From Octopus sinensis (Eukaryota), in contig NW_021835078.1 of assembly GCF_006345805.1 (NCBI RefSeq), positions 1 through 43,518 of the forward strand: a stretch of 43,518 nucleotides of DNA. The letters are read 5' to 3'. A program made the position numbers and the translations under genes. This document shows positions 13,434 to 28,550 of this stretch, one piece after another; the stretch's first letter is position 1, and each line of letters begins with the position of its first letter. The notes beneath the pieces were generated by a model. It was not told where the DNA came from, searched no databases, and saw nothing but the letters and a program-made list of their open reading frames with translations.

Positions 13434-15900
13434 ATTATATATATATATTATATATACATATATATATATATATATATTATATAATATATATATAATATAA
13501 CTATTTCATTTATTATTATCATCATCTCTTTAATTAAGGTACGAAGTGACACTGTACGAAGCTAATCCTATTGTTGTAGCCATTGTTATTTGTTCGTGTG
13601 ATCCAGTGTATGACACTGTCAGATTTGATCTCAATACCAAAAGAGATAAATAGATTAATAAACAATAGTTTTGATGAAAAGTTTTAATACCAGATAAAGA
13701 ATCAATTGAATAAGTCAGTAAACTCAGTGAAAGTTGAATGTATTAAAAAGACAACCAGAAGTGTAATTAGATATATTTTGTCTGTAGCAAATACATTTCC
13801 TTGATATAAAGGAAAAATATAAAACAGTCTTTGTCGGTAGCTTCAGTTTTAGTCACACAAATTGCTTCAATATTTCCGTCTATAAATAAAACATTATCAA
13901 ACAGTGTAGAAATAATCTGACAACCTAATGATAAAGCATTTATCACACGCCATCATCAATGTCTGATATAACTTCCAATATATTCGCTCAGATAATGATA
14001 TACAAAGAAATTTACTTGTTTATACATTGGATATTGTACAGTATTATACAATGATATTTCTCCTGGCAATATTGTTATCTATCATGAGCAAGTCAAGTAT
14101 ATTAATTGAGTACTGGTTTTAAAACCGTGAATTATACGTCGTTGCAGTTGTTTTCGTTGTACTTTTACCCAAAATTCTAGTCCTGGTAGCATACGCAGGT
14201 AAACATTTTCAGGTGAGGTTCTTTAGATTTTTGAATACATATCGATGACAACGCCCAAACATTCAACTATTCACGTCTCAAAGAAATCACAAACATAAAG
14301 CTATCACACTATATATTGGACTTTTCATTCACTTTATAAATGTTGCGACGTCGAGTGTTTTTCTATAGCAGTGTATCTGAATAGAAGAAAATTTATCATG
14401 TCTGCTACACAATTAAATTCACAGCAAGAGAAATTAAAAATGGAAAATAACATTTGTTAAAATAAAACAAGTGTATATTTCTGTGTTGAGAAATGAATAC
14501 GTGTGTCAATAGAGGAAACCTCTCCAAAGAAATTAACAAGAGTCGAGGTTTTTTTAACGTTTTGTTGTTAATGGCTAAGGTTATCCTGATGCTCAGAGTT
14601 ACTATATACATGTTGATTTGGTTGGGCAGACCTGCGATCAAATTGTAAACATACCGCTTTCTTTTAGTCAGAAATCATGGTAAAAACGGAAGCAAAGATG
14701 ATATGCAACTGCACTGTCGCATGGTGATGCAGGTCATTGATGCTGTTTAGTCTCAAAACAACTCTGGTTTTGTACACTTATGACCACTTACGTTCTCGCC
14801 ACGAAAACCCAGTAAATTATTTTTCAGATATGATGCGTCTGTTTACTTTTAGACCGTAGATTAGAACGTTGTTTCAAGGACAGATACCTCCGTTTGGCTA
14901 GATGTGCAATATAGTTTAAATCACAAAGAACAGACGGGCAGCTTCCATAATCTGATTAAGAGTGGAGTTGGCATTGAATATCATTAGAGGTAAACGAAGC
15001 GTGGAAAATACTTAATTTTGAGCAATAATCTGTACCTCAGCCAATCTAACGACCCAGTCAACCTGTTTATTATTGTGTACAATTAATTATTGAGAAACGA
15101 CTGACATTGCCAGACGTAAAAGATAGTTTTAATGAATGCAAGAGTAGACTTAATGAAAGTTTTAATGAAAGCAAGAGCAAGCATTAGTAGATTGTATCTA
15201 CAGGGCCCAAACCGTGATGCTTTTCATTTCCCTTATTTCCCAAGTGCCTACTTTCCACTCGTAATCATAAATTAGTTTATAGAGGAAATGTTATAACAAA
15301 TCAGACCAAACATTTATACTCATCTCATCGGACTCTGAGAGTCAATTTAAGGATTCGTGTTCATTTATTTCGACCGAATAAAACAGCAGAATCTGAGGAA
15401 CCTGGAGTTGTCTTCCAAAAGCTCACGGATAGAATAAATTAGTTTGCCATGGATAAGAGTAGACATTTTACTTTTCGTGTAAAATTCATCAGTCAGAGAA
15501 AAAGGAAATGTTTTTAAGCGAAAAATTTTTGCAACTAGCAAGTTGCATTACCTTTCTCCTTCGAGCGATTATGCCCGAAATCTTAGAATTCCCCCATTCC
15601 AGATGAGGAAATAAACATATTCCAATAAGGTAATTTGTCGATATCTAAACTCATGGAGTAATACAGAGATACATCGAAAAACTACTGAAATCATTGGAAT
15701 AAAGCGATTTAGAAAGCCATTAGCTTCCAGATTTAAATGGATTTCCCTTCAATTTGGTTGGATTAAGGCTTTAGTTATTCAAACAACAGAACTACAAAGA
15801 AAATTATACTGTAATCACTCTTGGTAATTGTAACAGAAGTTTCAGACTGGCTCAGCAGTAAATTACTTGTGAGAATAAAACACTTCCCATATATATATAT

Positions 15901-15945
<45 letters not shown>

Positions 15946-16470
15946 TATATATATTATATATATATATATATATGTATATATGTTCATGCAATGAACTTCG
16001 AACCAGTATAGGCTTACTGAAACTCACTCCTTTACAAAGGCAATATGAGGCTAGAGCTAGCAGCCAAGTCTCCCCCAAAGTCATCATACCAGACAGCCTT
16101 AAACGAAGAAGCGTCCTTTTATAAAATACTCTGAGGTAGATTATTTTTGAGGTATAAAAAAATGGTATAGTTAAATTAGAATGCTCATCGGTGCCAAACT
16201 GTATCGGCTTTTGCCTTTCCCTCGGATAACATTGGTAGCATAGAGTGGAGAGGTTGCTATACACGGGCGACTGCTGGTCTTCCATAAACAATCTTGCCCG
16301 GACTTGAAGCTTGGAGGGGAACTTTCTACGTACAACCCCAGTGTCATTCATGACCGAAAGGAGTCTCTTCTCTACCCTTTTGTGTTTAAAATTAATACAA
16401 AATTCGTCCGGGGCCCTTAGCTTAATAGTACAAAACCCTTCACTGGAATTTAAGTGGTACATGGTCCATG

Positions 16471-16650
16471 AAGCGGCGGCCTGACAGAATTGTTAGCACG
16501 CCGTGAAAAATGCTTAGCGGCATTTCGTCGAAGTCAACTATACCTTTCATTCATTCGCAATCGGTAAAATCAATAACAGCTGAGCACTAGGATCGATGCA
16601 TCCGAACTAACTCCTCCTCCAAGCGCCCTGGCCTTCTGCCAAAATTTGAA
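16471..16650 (+). mobile_element. Degenerate family-B SINE
   Basis: GCGGCGGCCTGACAGAATTGTTAGCACGCCG...AAATGCTTAGCGGCATTTCG. Confidence 0.7.
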
Positions 16651-17143
16651 ACCAATATTTATACAAATGTCTTAAAATTGTAGAATCATATAGCAACAAC
16701 GTGTGTCAAACCAACTTGTATCATATAATATTTCAAATATAACTTGTTGACAACAATTTCTGATCTTCTTTTGATGTCACCATGATTAATACTGACAGTA
16801 TCGTTGAAGCCTATATTTAAATGTCATCTTAGGTGTTTATGCATACTATACAAACTTAAACCAAATGTTTATGAACATAAGTATAACTGTATATAAATTT
16901 CAAAAGTATATGTTAAAAGGAAATCTTCAAGTCAAAATGGAGACTTCCGGCAAAGAAAATCATCGATCATTTCCAAGTAACGCTCACAACTCACCTGTTA
17001 TTAGTAGGTCTAGGTATGTTTTACTATCATCTATATTCATACATATATCTTGGTATCAATATATATAGACTCACATATATATAAATGCACATACACACAC
17101 GCACGCACACATACACAAACATACACATGCACATATATACATA

Positions 17144-17191
<48 letters not shown>

Positions 17192-17277
17192 ATATATATA
17201 TACACAATATATATATGCATGTATATATACATGTATATATATATTCGAGAAAGCAGCAAATATATATACATGCATAT

Positions 17278-17337
<60 letters not shown>

Positions 17338-17393
17338 TATATCTTTGTGTATATCCATATGTATATATATATACATATATACGTGTGTATGCA

Positions 17394-17431
<38 letters not shown>

Positions 17432-17527
17432 TGTGTGTGTGTGTGCAAAGAATAAAGGTGGCATCTTTACAATTTTACAACCGAAAGGGAGAAATATTTG
17501 TCGCTAAAGTGGCTAAAAGCACTACTC

Positions 17528-17732
17528 AGCACCAGTATTGTTAGAAATAAGAGTCAAAACAACACATAACCACGAGAAGCACTTACGTAAATGACTGACA
17601 AGGGAGACAAGTTCCTTCAACATCCGGTTTTCATACGTTGCCATGGTTGGATGCTGGGGGGGACCCTTGACTTCCATGGCTTTCTCGTAGCTATGAGATG
17701 TTTTGACTCTCATTTCTAGCAATGCTGGTGCT
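17528..17732. repeat. Imperfect foldback (MITE-like) element
   Basis: Arms of ~53 bp (17528-17580 and 17679-17732), roughly 80% complementary by eye, with further internal complementarity. Confidence 0.8.
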
Positions 17733-18129
17733 AACTAGTTCCCTTATATGACATGTATATATATATATATATATATAGTTTTATATATATATACACATAT
17801 ATATAATGAACAAGCATGTATATGTACGTGCGTATGTGTAGGTTTGTGTATGCCGCATGCATATGCTATCCCCGTTTTGCGGTTAGCAATCTCTTCAGCA
17901 ACGTAAAAATATTTAAATTAAATATCAAAATTGCTGCAAGATATTTTTCCTTTCTTTTATTAAATTATTCATGTTTGACTATTTTGCGTCCTTTCTTTCA
18001 TTCCTTCTCTTTCCATTCCTGTAGACACGGCTTCCGGATATTTATGAAAGAAAAAAGAAAACAGAAAACAAATAAATACATTCATATACATACATATATA
18101 TATATATATATGCATATATATATATGCAT

Positions 18130-18174
<45 letters not shown>

Positions 18175-18313
18175 CACATATATATATGTATATATGGTAA
18201 CATTAAATACATAATACATAATTCATAGTGATATTGTCGTGCTTTGGAAGACTATTCCAATAATAAATATGGTAATGATAATAGTGAAAGCTTTGCAGTT
18301 GTTCTAGTTACCA

Positions 18314-18329
18314 TGATCATCATGATCAT

Positions 18330-18392
<63 letters not shown>

Positions 18393-18597
18393 CAGCAACA
18401 GCAGCAGCAATATTGAGATCATCATCTTCGTCGATGCTGTCATCATCATCATCCTCATCATCAACAATATTATCATAATTGTCATGATCGACTTCCTTAT
18501 CATCACCAGCACCTTCATCATCACCATCATCGTCGTCGTCGTCGTCGTCATCATCATCATCATCATCAACATCACTATCATCATTATCATCAGCGTT
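18314..18597. repeat. Compound trinucleotide tract (CAT)n(CAG)n(CGT)n
   Basis: Directly visible; accounts for the polyI/S/L/M ORFs. Confidence 0.95.
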
Positions 18598-19008
18598 GTT
18601 ATAGTAGTTGATTTGATTCCTTTTTTTTTTTTTTTTTGTTTTTTTATGAAGATCATCCTCATGATTGCTATTATTCTGGCATTTTTATCTTTCTTACTAT
18701 CATGAACATCATCATCTTCATTGACATAAAAAACAAAAATTATCATCATAACTTTCAGAAATACAAGAATCCCAAAGTTTTTTTTTTTTCTTCTGAAACA
18801 ATAAGATATAACTTGCTGAAATCGCTCCAACTTTGAGCAAAATGCGTGGTCGCATTTAATCCGCCCTTTGCAACCTGATTTCAAATCCCATCATTCTTTC
18901 TGATATAGCTAACATAAAGTATTTGAGAAGTACTGGTTTCTAAAATTGTTGCCAAAATTTATATCATTATTATAGTTGGTGTCATCATTATTATAATTAT
19001 ATAAGGTA

Positions 19009-20110
19009 AAGCGGCGAGCTGGCAGAATCGTTAGCGCGCCGGACGAAATGCTTAGCCTTATTTCGCTCGTCGCTACGTTCTGAGTTCAAATTCCGTACCA
19101 GTTACACACTGAGATCGATGTAATCGACTTAATCCCCACCCACTGGCTACACTTACGGCAAAAATTTGAAATCATTATAATTACATAGGACAAACAGCTG
19201 GAAGTACCGTTAGTATGCTTAGCAGGATTTTGTCTGTCTTTATATCTTCTGAGCAAAAATTTAGCCGTGGCTTTCTTTGCGTTACATCCTTTCAACCTCG
19301 ATAGACTAAGTACCAACGAGCTCTGGGGTTGATGTAATCTATTAACCTTCGCACCCAAAATTTCAGGCATTGTGCCTATAGTAGAAGGATCGTTATTATT
19401 ATTAGTTTATTATTATTATTATTATATTATTATTATTATATTATTATTATTATTATTATTATTATATTATTATTATTATTTAATCCGGACAGCTGGAAGA
19501 ACTGTTCGCTCGACAGGTAAAATGCTTAGCAGCATTTCGTCAGTGTTTACGTTCTGAGTTTAAATTTCACTCGCTGAGGTTACTGTGCCAGTCATGCTTT
19601 CGGGGTGGATGAAATAAGTACCAGTTACGTACGGGTGTCAGTATAATTGACTAGCCCCCTCCTCCCGTATTTCAGGCTTTGTGCCTACAGTAGAAAGGAT
19701 TATTATTATAATTATATAAGGCGGCGAGCTGGTAGAAACGTTAGCACGCCAGGCGAAATGCTTAATGGTATTTCGTCTGCCGCTACGTTCTCAGTTCAAA
19801 TTCCGCCGTGGTCGACTTTGCTTTTCATCCTTTCGGGGTCAATAAATTAAGTAGCAGTTACGCACTGGAGTCGATATAATCGATTTAATCCGTTTGTCTT
19901 TCCTTGTTTGTCCCCTTTGTGTTTAGCCCCTTGTAGGTAGTAAAGAAATGGGTATTTCGCCGCCGTTACGTTCTCAGTTCAAATTCCGCCGAGTTTCACT
20001 TTGCCTTTCACTCTTTCGGGGTCGATAAATTAAGTGCCAATGAAACACTGGTATCGATGTAATCACCTAGTCCCCCCCCCTCATGTACCTATAGTAGAAA
20101 CGATTATTTT
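19009..20110 (+). mobile_element. Head-to-tail cluster of about 5 family-B SINE copies or units
   Basis: Repeated GGCGAGCTGGCAGAATCGTTAG (A-box-like) and GAGTTCAAATTCC (B-box-like) near 19010, 19195, 19485, 19718 and 19951, some separated by (TTA)n tails. Confidence 0.85.
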
Positions 20111-20116
20111 TATTAC

Positions 20117-20181
<65 letters not shown>
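20117..20181. repeat. (TAG)n microsatellite
   Basis: Directly visible. Confidence 0.95.
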
Positions 20182-20309
20182 TGGAAAAGGAGCAGCAGGA
20201 TGAGGGGTGCAAAGGGAAAGAGGAAGAGGGTTAGTATTACTATATAAAAGTAATTACATGCGACTTTCATTAACTGGGTTGTTACTAAATGTTTGCTAAC
20301 AACAAACCT

Positions 20310-21560
20310 CTTCAAATCTCAAGAATCCATTTTAGAATTTTTGCATTATAATATCTGATGACACATTTATGCTTCTCAGTTCCAATATTCTCCAGCGTGT
20401 TTAGTATTTGACTGCGTGTTGCACCATGACCACAAATTACCACAGGAATACTTGTCTCATTCTTCCCCAGTTTCTTCATTTCATTATCTTGTCCCCTGAT
20501 ATTTCTCAACTCTATTATCATATGTATTGCAATAACTATGATCTTACACTTTTTTCTCTTTTGTTCTTTGCAAATCTATCTGGTCTTTTTGATTCAATAG
20601 GATGTTGTTTCTATGCAGAATTCCCATAACAACTCTAATTAAAATTCATTATCTCAGGTTCAGGCCCGAGTTCACTCGATTTCTGTGTCACTTCTAATCC
20701 CCAAGCATGGCTATCATGACAATGCACTCTTTTAGAGCTGTTTTAGCGCTAGCTTACATATTTTACATAGGAAATGGCTATTACTTCGCTCGCGTTTTGC
20801 ATATTCGCTATTTGCTTTCCGATGTTAACGAGTTTTTCTTTTTATTTAATTCGTTCTAATGACTTGTTTCCTGAACGGGTTCCCGTTTCAGGTTCTTATC
20901 TCTCGGCCAAAACCAATGTCTTTTACTTGTAACATACTCTGTTGCAAGAATTGTCTACATAATTTATTCTCTTTCCAACTATGTCTGCCGTTCTTCTTTC
21001 TGTTTCTCAATTCTCCTACTGTTTCAGGAACAATTTGGATACTTATAACCGTACGCGGTATTCTTCACTATGTTTTGGAATCTCAATATCGTAGTACTAA
21101 CGATGTCCTCTGGGTATAACAATCTTCTACTTCCATCCTTTCATGTTAGGTAGGGCCTGTCCATATTACTTTTAAGGCAATGCCCGTTGTGCACTGTAAG
21201 TAGCTTCCTAACTTTTCTACTAATTCCTGCAACGCTATTTTAGACCACTTTGGAAAATGAATAGAGCATCTCAATACTAGCATGGCCTACGCATTGATTG
21301 CTTTAGTGACATTTTTCCAGTAAATTTTGTTTCAGGTAATTGTCCAATCCACCTCTTGTGCTCATTCAAAACTTTCTCTCTCTCTTCATTACCTTGCACT
21401 AGCCTTCGGAACTTGTCTCCTTCAATATTTCTCATCAGTCCAAAGATGTCATCTTGCTGTATCTTTATACCATGAGATTTAAACTTTCGATTGCTTCCCT
21501 TAATAGAAACTGCATACATATTCACCTTAAACTGTACACAAATATCCACGTTAAGTTTTC
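20310..21560 (-). mobile_element. Old degenerate R4-clade LINE 3' part
   Basis: 21119-21218 reads RKVRKLLTVHNGHCLKSNMDRPYLT*KDGSRRL (compare DRKTRKLLT..HPKSD..RLY..GGRGL). 20312-20480 reads IPVVICGHG...AKILKWILEI, resembling an R4 C-terminus. Confidence 0.6.
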
Positions 21561-23748
21561 TGTTTGGGCAAGAGAATCTAGGCTTTCTCGCTGTTGGCGT
21601 TTAAGTTTAGGTCTTCCATAAGGAGCAGTGGATTTACTTTAGCAAGCTCATATAGAGGAAAGCATTTTCTCAGAAAATCTATAATCTTATTCATGCTTAA
21701 ATTTCCTTTAACACAGAGATATTTCTAAATCTTATGAACCATGTTTCTTGGAATTTCCAACCAATAGCTCGCAGACTAATTTAAAGCGACGTTTCTTGTG
21801 TTAACACCGATAGTTAGATACATAGATTTGCCGGCCATTGCCTCACCAATTCAAAAATACTCAGGCATATTATATATACATTAGGCTTCCCACAGTTTCT
21901 TCTTTTACGTTTCGCCTACAAGGAATTAATCAATCCGAGGTAGCGAAAAATTACACTTGACAAAAGTTGTTTGCCGTCAGACAAAAGCCGGAATCATCCA
22001 GTGAAACTGTATAGTATATTATTTTCGTTGTTCTTGTTTAGCTAGGGGTCAGATTCACTCAGCACATCTATGATGTTGAAAAAGCATTCGAGCTTTCACT
22101 ACTATATTGTTCTTCCTTCGAGCATTTTATATCTACAAATATATTATATAATATACCCTTTCTTTATTTAATACCACAGTGTACTATCTGCGAGATATTT
22201 GACAGTTAATTATATTAAGTAAACTATCATGCAGATACGTTCACCGATTTTCAAGTTCCTTGAGCAAATATCGACATCTTTTTATCTCATGTTGCTCCTA
22301 ATTTCATTAGTTATCTTAAAGATGCTCTTAATTCCATGTTTGGAAATTCGAGTAAGATCATCTAAGAGACTTTTTCTGACTGTTCTTGGCAGTGATATTG
22401 TTACACTTTAAAATTCAGGTTTTATATATGGTTATTACAGATTTTATGCCAATGCTGATTGCTTCACACTGGAAGTATAATCTATCTGTACTCCTGTCAA
22501 TGCTTTAATTTCTTTTAATGCGAAGTTTATAGATTGTGTGCATATTTATTCATCGTTTTTATATGTCTTAAATTCTTCCGATAACGAAGGAGCTGGTTTC
22601 TAACAAAGAAACAACGCTCCGTTGCTGTAATATAGAAAACCACAACCATGAAGTGTTATATATTGAACTTGAAAAGACTTGGAATATTCTTACTGTTTCA
22701 GTTACAGATTGCATTATCAACTTGCGTGTACAGATTGGGATAACTTACCCATCACTCTCCTTGAAACAGAAGCTTCTCGAGAATATCAATTAGACATTTA
22801 GTATAATATCCGAGTGTACTTATACTTAGAGGTACAAATATTGATTTATATTCTGGATAGAATAACTCTACGTTTCTAAGCATTTATGCGCAAATAAACT
22901 CTTTCTCATAAATTTGAAAGAACTCTACAAATAGATAGGCCAGTTGACTTATGTAACTAAACACAATTACTATTTTTTTTTTGTCCCAAGCCAGCATAGC
23001 AGCACGTAATGCTTACACTTGGCACAAGTTTTGAGAATGATAAAGAGAATGCTCACCAAAAATTCTTTGTGTTGCAGCGTATACTGCAGCATTAGTAATT
23101 TCTATATTTATCCCAGTGAATTTCTTCCTAGAGTTGCCATTGTGTATTGTTTAAGCAATTAGACGTGTTATTAGAAGTTATTTTCAGAATTTGTTGATTT
23201 GATTTGTTGTATATTTTGCAGAAATGTGATAACCTATGTTTCGAATCACATCTTCGTAGATGAAGTACTTCTCTGTCTATTTTATTCAGGACCTATTCTA
23301 TCAGTACCTCCTGGCATTCGTAACTAAAACCGCAATTTCACAATGTAAAGAGATGTAACGTCGAATTAATATCTGTCTGCATCAGTATTATCCATCAGTT
23401 TACCTGAAACATAGCTTTGAGTAACAGGTTATGAAACGTTTATGGCATAATCAGGTGTAATAATCGTTAAATTTAGTTATTATACATTATAAATGGACGT
23501 CATCTCTTAATACATAAACCAAATTACTAAGTAATTATGCATGTATGCTTCGCATGTGTGTGTGCATAATTTCTGTGTGTGATTATGGAATGCCTGAACC
23601 ACACATTCGTTTCACTAGTAAAGTATGAGTTACGTATTGATAAATGTCATATTTATATACATACAGATATAAATGTACATAGGTATGTATGCATATTTAT
23701 GTATATGTGTATGTGTGTGTATGCGTATACATATGTACATGCATACAG

Positions 23749-23781
<33 letters not shown>

Positions 23782-23788
23782 ATATATA

Positions 23789-23819
<31 letters not shown>

Positions 23820-23847
23820 GTATATATATATATTATATATATATATC

Positions 23848-23879
<32 letters not shown>

Positions 23880-23886
23880 ATATATG

Positions 23887-23983
<97 letters not shown>

Positions 23984-24257
23984 ATATATTATATATATAT
24001 ATATATGTGTGTGTGTGTAAATAATGACATACTTTACTGTGAGTATGTACTACGTGTGTGTGTAAGTATTAGCGTATCAACTAACTTTCTTGAAATTTCC
24101 AGTCAATACCTCACAGACTAATTTAAATAGACACATTTTCAGTTAACATTGAACGTCAACAAAAGTTATCAATCACCATAATCGATACTATTATTGAATT
24201 ATTGAGCAGTTATTGTGTCAAAATCATATCAATCCAGTTCCTTTTTTGTTTTGCTCG

Positions 24258-24383
<126 letters not shown>

Positions 24384-24393
24384 GATCGTTCTA

Positions 24394-24584
24394 AAGAAGC
24401 GAGCTGGCAGAATCGTTAGCGCGCCGGACGAAATGCTTAGCGGTATTTCGTACGTCTTTATGTCCTTATTTTAAATGCCGCCGTGGTCGACGTTGCCTTC
24501 CATCCTTTCGAGGTTGATAAATTAAGTACCAGTGAAACACTGGGGTCGATGAAATCGACTAGTCCACCCCACCAAAATTTCAGG

Positions 24585-24590
<6 letters not shown>
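24394..24590 (+). mobile_element. Family-B SINE
   Basis: GCGAGCTGGCAGAATCGTTAGCGCGCCGG...AAATTTCAGGCC. Confidence 0.85.
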
Positions 24591-24617
<27 letters not shown>

Positions 24618-24654
24618 ATAATATCAGGGTAGGAAAAAATTATTTTTATAAGTG

Positions 24655-24830
24655 CAGTGTACATTTAAACACATAAGAGGTGATCATCATAGGTCACCTA
24701 GTGCGCTAGAAGGAGTAACCGAAATCCAAACGACTATTTTTATTCACTTCGAAATTTGGATTTTGGCTACTCACTCTAGCGTGCTAGGTGTCCTATGTTG
24801 GTCACCACTTATGTTATTAAATATACACTG
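24655..24830. mobile_element. Tc1/mariner-type MITE (long imperfect hairpin)
   Basis: Termini CAGTG...CACTG followed by TA on the right; ~76-bp arms with a 24-nt spacer. Confidence 0.7.
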
Positions 24831-24860
24831 TATATATCTATGGCGACAAAGTGCAGACGG

Positions 24861-25275
24861 GTGGCTGGATGGATCCTGAGAACATTCAGAACGAACCAGA
24901 GATAAGGAAACCAAGATCGTCCTCAGCCACCTGTATTACTGCTCCCAGCTATGGGCTTTCAACAGTGTGAAATTAACAGCAATCCAGAGAAGATTCACAA
25001 AGAAATCGTCTTTTGCAACTGCTCAGCTACTCGGAAAGGCTGAAACAGCTAAGACTTTACTCCCTGGAGAGAAGGCGGGAGGAGTATGCAGTAATATACA
25101 TCTGGAAGATCCTGGAAGGAATTGTGCCAAATTTTGGCATTGAAAGCTACACCAATGCCAGAACGGGACGATACTGCATAGTGCCAAAGATTCCAGCAAC
25201 GTCACCGCGCTTTCGGCCGAGTTACTGCAACAGCCTGGGTTTCAGGGGTCCACAGCTTTTTAATAGTCTCCCACC
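24861..25275 (+). mobile_element. CR1/L2-like LINE ORF2 3' fragment
   Basis: VAGWILRTF, YCSQLW, IQRRFTK and LSYSERLKQLRLYSLERRREEYAVIYIWKILEGIVPN...GPQLFNSLP, the typical post-RT region. Confidence 0.8.
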
Positions 25276-25284
25276 CAATAGTTT

Positions 25285-25640
25285 TGGGTGAGTGAACTAG
25301 TCGATTACGTCAACCCCCAATGTTTGACTGGTATTTAGTTTATAAACCCCGAAAGTATGAAAGGAATTTGCAGTCAGGACATAAAGACAAATGAATGCCT
25401 GATGTACTAACAATTCTGCCACCTCGCCGACTTAATATTAAATGAAATAGTCCTTCTGGTGTAGGCACAAAACCTGAAATATTAGTGTGAGTGGTTTACT
25501 ACTTTACATCGACCCCAGAGTTCGACTAGTACTTAGTCTATCAGTCCCGAAAGGATGGGCGGAATTTTTGCTCAGAAGGTGAAGATGGGCGAAATACCGC
25601 TATGCATTCCTTACCGCGTGCTAAAGGTTTTTGCCAACTC
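25285..25640 (-). mobile_element. Two degenerate family-B SINEs
   Basis: Reverse-complement matches (TCGACCCCAG, CCCGAAAGGATG, GAAATACCGCTA). Confidence 0.65.
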
Positions 25641-26369
25641 TCATTCCTGAAAGTCAGAACAAATATTACGAAGCATTCTATTCGACGCTCTAACATATCT
25701 GCTAATTCTTAGTCTATATGTAATCGTTGTAGAATAGTATGTAAATGTTTGCAGCATTGCCTGTGTTATTTTTGCGAGCGTATGTAACGGAATAGATACA
25801 CGAATATGTATTTTGTTCACATCTTATGAAAATAAAGAGTATTTTCAGTAAGATTTGACTGATATTTTTAGCAAATTCAATGTCTGTATAGAGGCTCCTT
25901 TGCTGATTCGATATTTTATAATGCTGACGCAATTTCTTAAGCATGAAAATTCTGACTTTCGGTACATGTGAGCGCATGGTTTTTACATTATATATATATA
26001 TGTGTGTGAATGTGTGTGTGTATGTGTTTGTGTCTTTGTGTGTGTGTATGTGTTTGTGTCTTTGTGTGTGTGTGTCTGTGTGTGTGTGAATGCATGTATG
26101 CATGTGAATGCGTTTATATGTGTGTGTTTCTGTGGATGTGTGTGTGTGTGCGCGCGTACGTGCGTTTTAATGATATTCTATAACGATCTATGTTACGTAT
26201 AAAATGTTTTCTGTGTGTACATATCGATCTTTAACAGATGTTCAATAAACATTGCATTAAACTGATCGCTGGTATAAATGTTGAAAAGGTAAACATGAAA
26301 AAAATAAAGAGAATCGTGTTTGATAAAGTAAAAGAAGTTGTGTGAGTAGAAAGTGAAATATAGACAAGC

Positions 26370-26489
<120 letters not shown>

Positions 26490-26539
26490 TTGTACAGACA
26501 TAGATAGATAGACAGACATACTGATAAATAAATAAATAA

Positions 26540-26576
<37 letters not shown>

Positions 26577-27738
26577 GAGAAAGAGACAGAAACACAGAGA
26601 GACATACAGAGAAAGTGAGAGCAAGAGAGAAAAACAGGCACGAAGAGGAGAAGAAAGATAAAAGATGACAGTTTCTTGAAAATCGATTGTATTGTTGTGT
26701 CGGAGAGGGCACGATGACAAACTCGCTTTGTGCAGATGTTTAATTCATGGCATTTTATGAATCTGTCTTATTTTTTATTTGCGCAATGTCTATATTTCTG
26801 ATGATATTTATGTCCAGCTTTCGACCTGCAATCTTTATTGTCGATCTTTAATCCTTGATCAACTCTGTGCAAGCAAACTTTATACTGAAGTCATTCCCGG
26901 CCATTGCCATCTCGCATCTTTCCAGACGCAGTGTATCCAAGGACCAATTTCATCAAGCGAGTCATTCCTTTTTTTATTTATTTATTTGTATAATTATTTA
27001 TTTACTTTTCCAGCTGTAGAATGTAATTTCAGGAAGATTCGACTGCTATTTTTAGCTGGGCTGTCGATCATGTATAAGCCTCCTCACTGGTGCGGACATT
27101 GTGCTATAGTACTGTAAGTGGTATATATACATAAAAGAATGAATGGTTCTTGATTTGGAGAGCTTTTTATAGTTCAACCTAACAAACATACAGAACATTC
27201 TGTAGATTTCTATAGATATACCGCAGACAAAATAATATCGTGCAAGATTCTGTAAAAAGTATCATTGCATCTTACATGGTATTGTACATGTTGATCTGCT
27301 TGGTGATATTTTCCTTAACCAGGAGAAAATGCCATACTACAGATCTTTTCTCCATTATAAAAGCCTCTTTCAACAATATCGCCATAACGTAGATGTCACC
27401 GTTGCAGGTTAGGTTACGTGATCAAAACAATGAAAGACATATTTTAGAAACGACTTATGAAAATATGGTATGTGTTGTTTTTTTTTTTTTGCAATTATAC
27501 TTATATTTATCGCTTCTAAATTATTTTTTATAACATCTGAAGTTGCATACTGCTGCGAAACACGATGAGTTGAAAACATAAAGTGTTCACATAAATCAAC
27601 TGAATGTGACATGCACCGGTGATGCCAAGAACCTTTCCTTGAACAAGGTATTTCCCGCTAATTCTGTCTACTCAGCTATGTTGTGTAACGTCCGTAGGAA
27701 TTATGCAGCTCAGCTTACTCTTACGCCTATATATATAT

Positions 27739-28147
27739 AGGAGTGGCTGGGTGGTAAGTAGCTAGCTAACCAACCACATGGTTCCAGGTTCAGTCCCACT
27801 GCGTGGCATCTTGGGCAGGTGCCTTCTGCTATAGCCCCGGGCCGACCAATGCCTTGTGAGTGGATTTGGTAGACGGAAACTGAAAGAAGCCTGTCGTATA
27901 TATGTATATATATATATATATATGTGTGTATGTGTTTGTGTGTCTGTGTTTGTCCGCGTAGCATTGCTTGACAACCGATGCTGGTGTGTTTACGTCCCCG
28001 TCACTTAGCGGTTCGGCAAAAGGAACTGATAGAATAAGTACTGGGCTTACAAAGAATAAGTCCCAGGGTCGATTTGCTCGACTAAAAGGCGGTGCACCAG
28101 CATGGCCGCAGTCAAATGACTGAAACAAGTAAAAGAGTAAAAGAGTA
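27739..28147 (+). mobile_element. Family-A tRNA-derived SINE
   Basis: AGGAGTGGCTGGGTGGTAAG...GGTTCAGTCCC head and GTAAAAGAGTAAAAGAG tail. Confidence 0.9.
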
Positions 28148-28167
28148 TATATATGAATGTGTGTGTA

Positions 28168-28205
<38 letters not shown>

Positions 28206-28362
28206 CGTGTATGTGTGTGTGAGTGTGTGTATGTGCTGAGGGCGATGCAACCAACAAAAAATTCTCCAAGGCGTTGCCCCAGCATGACCGCAGTCTAATG
28301 ACTGAAACAATTAAGACATAATATAGATAGATAGATAGATAGATAGTTAGATAGATAGATAG

Positions 28363-28419
<57 letters not shown>

Positions 28420-28516
28420 TCAGATAAATATGGTACTTAAGTTGAGGCACCAGAATTTAGTACGGTATTATGCTAAGCCACTGGTTCTAATTGATTAACA
28501 TCAATTTCTACCTTTA

Positions 28517-28550
<34 letters not shown>

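Noticed and set aside
18244-18884. Long polyI/S and polyL/M ORFs on both strands
   Set aside because: Trinucleotide tract; the His/Gln frame is interrupted by a TAG; no splice or domain context.
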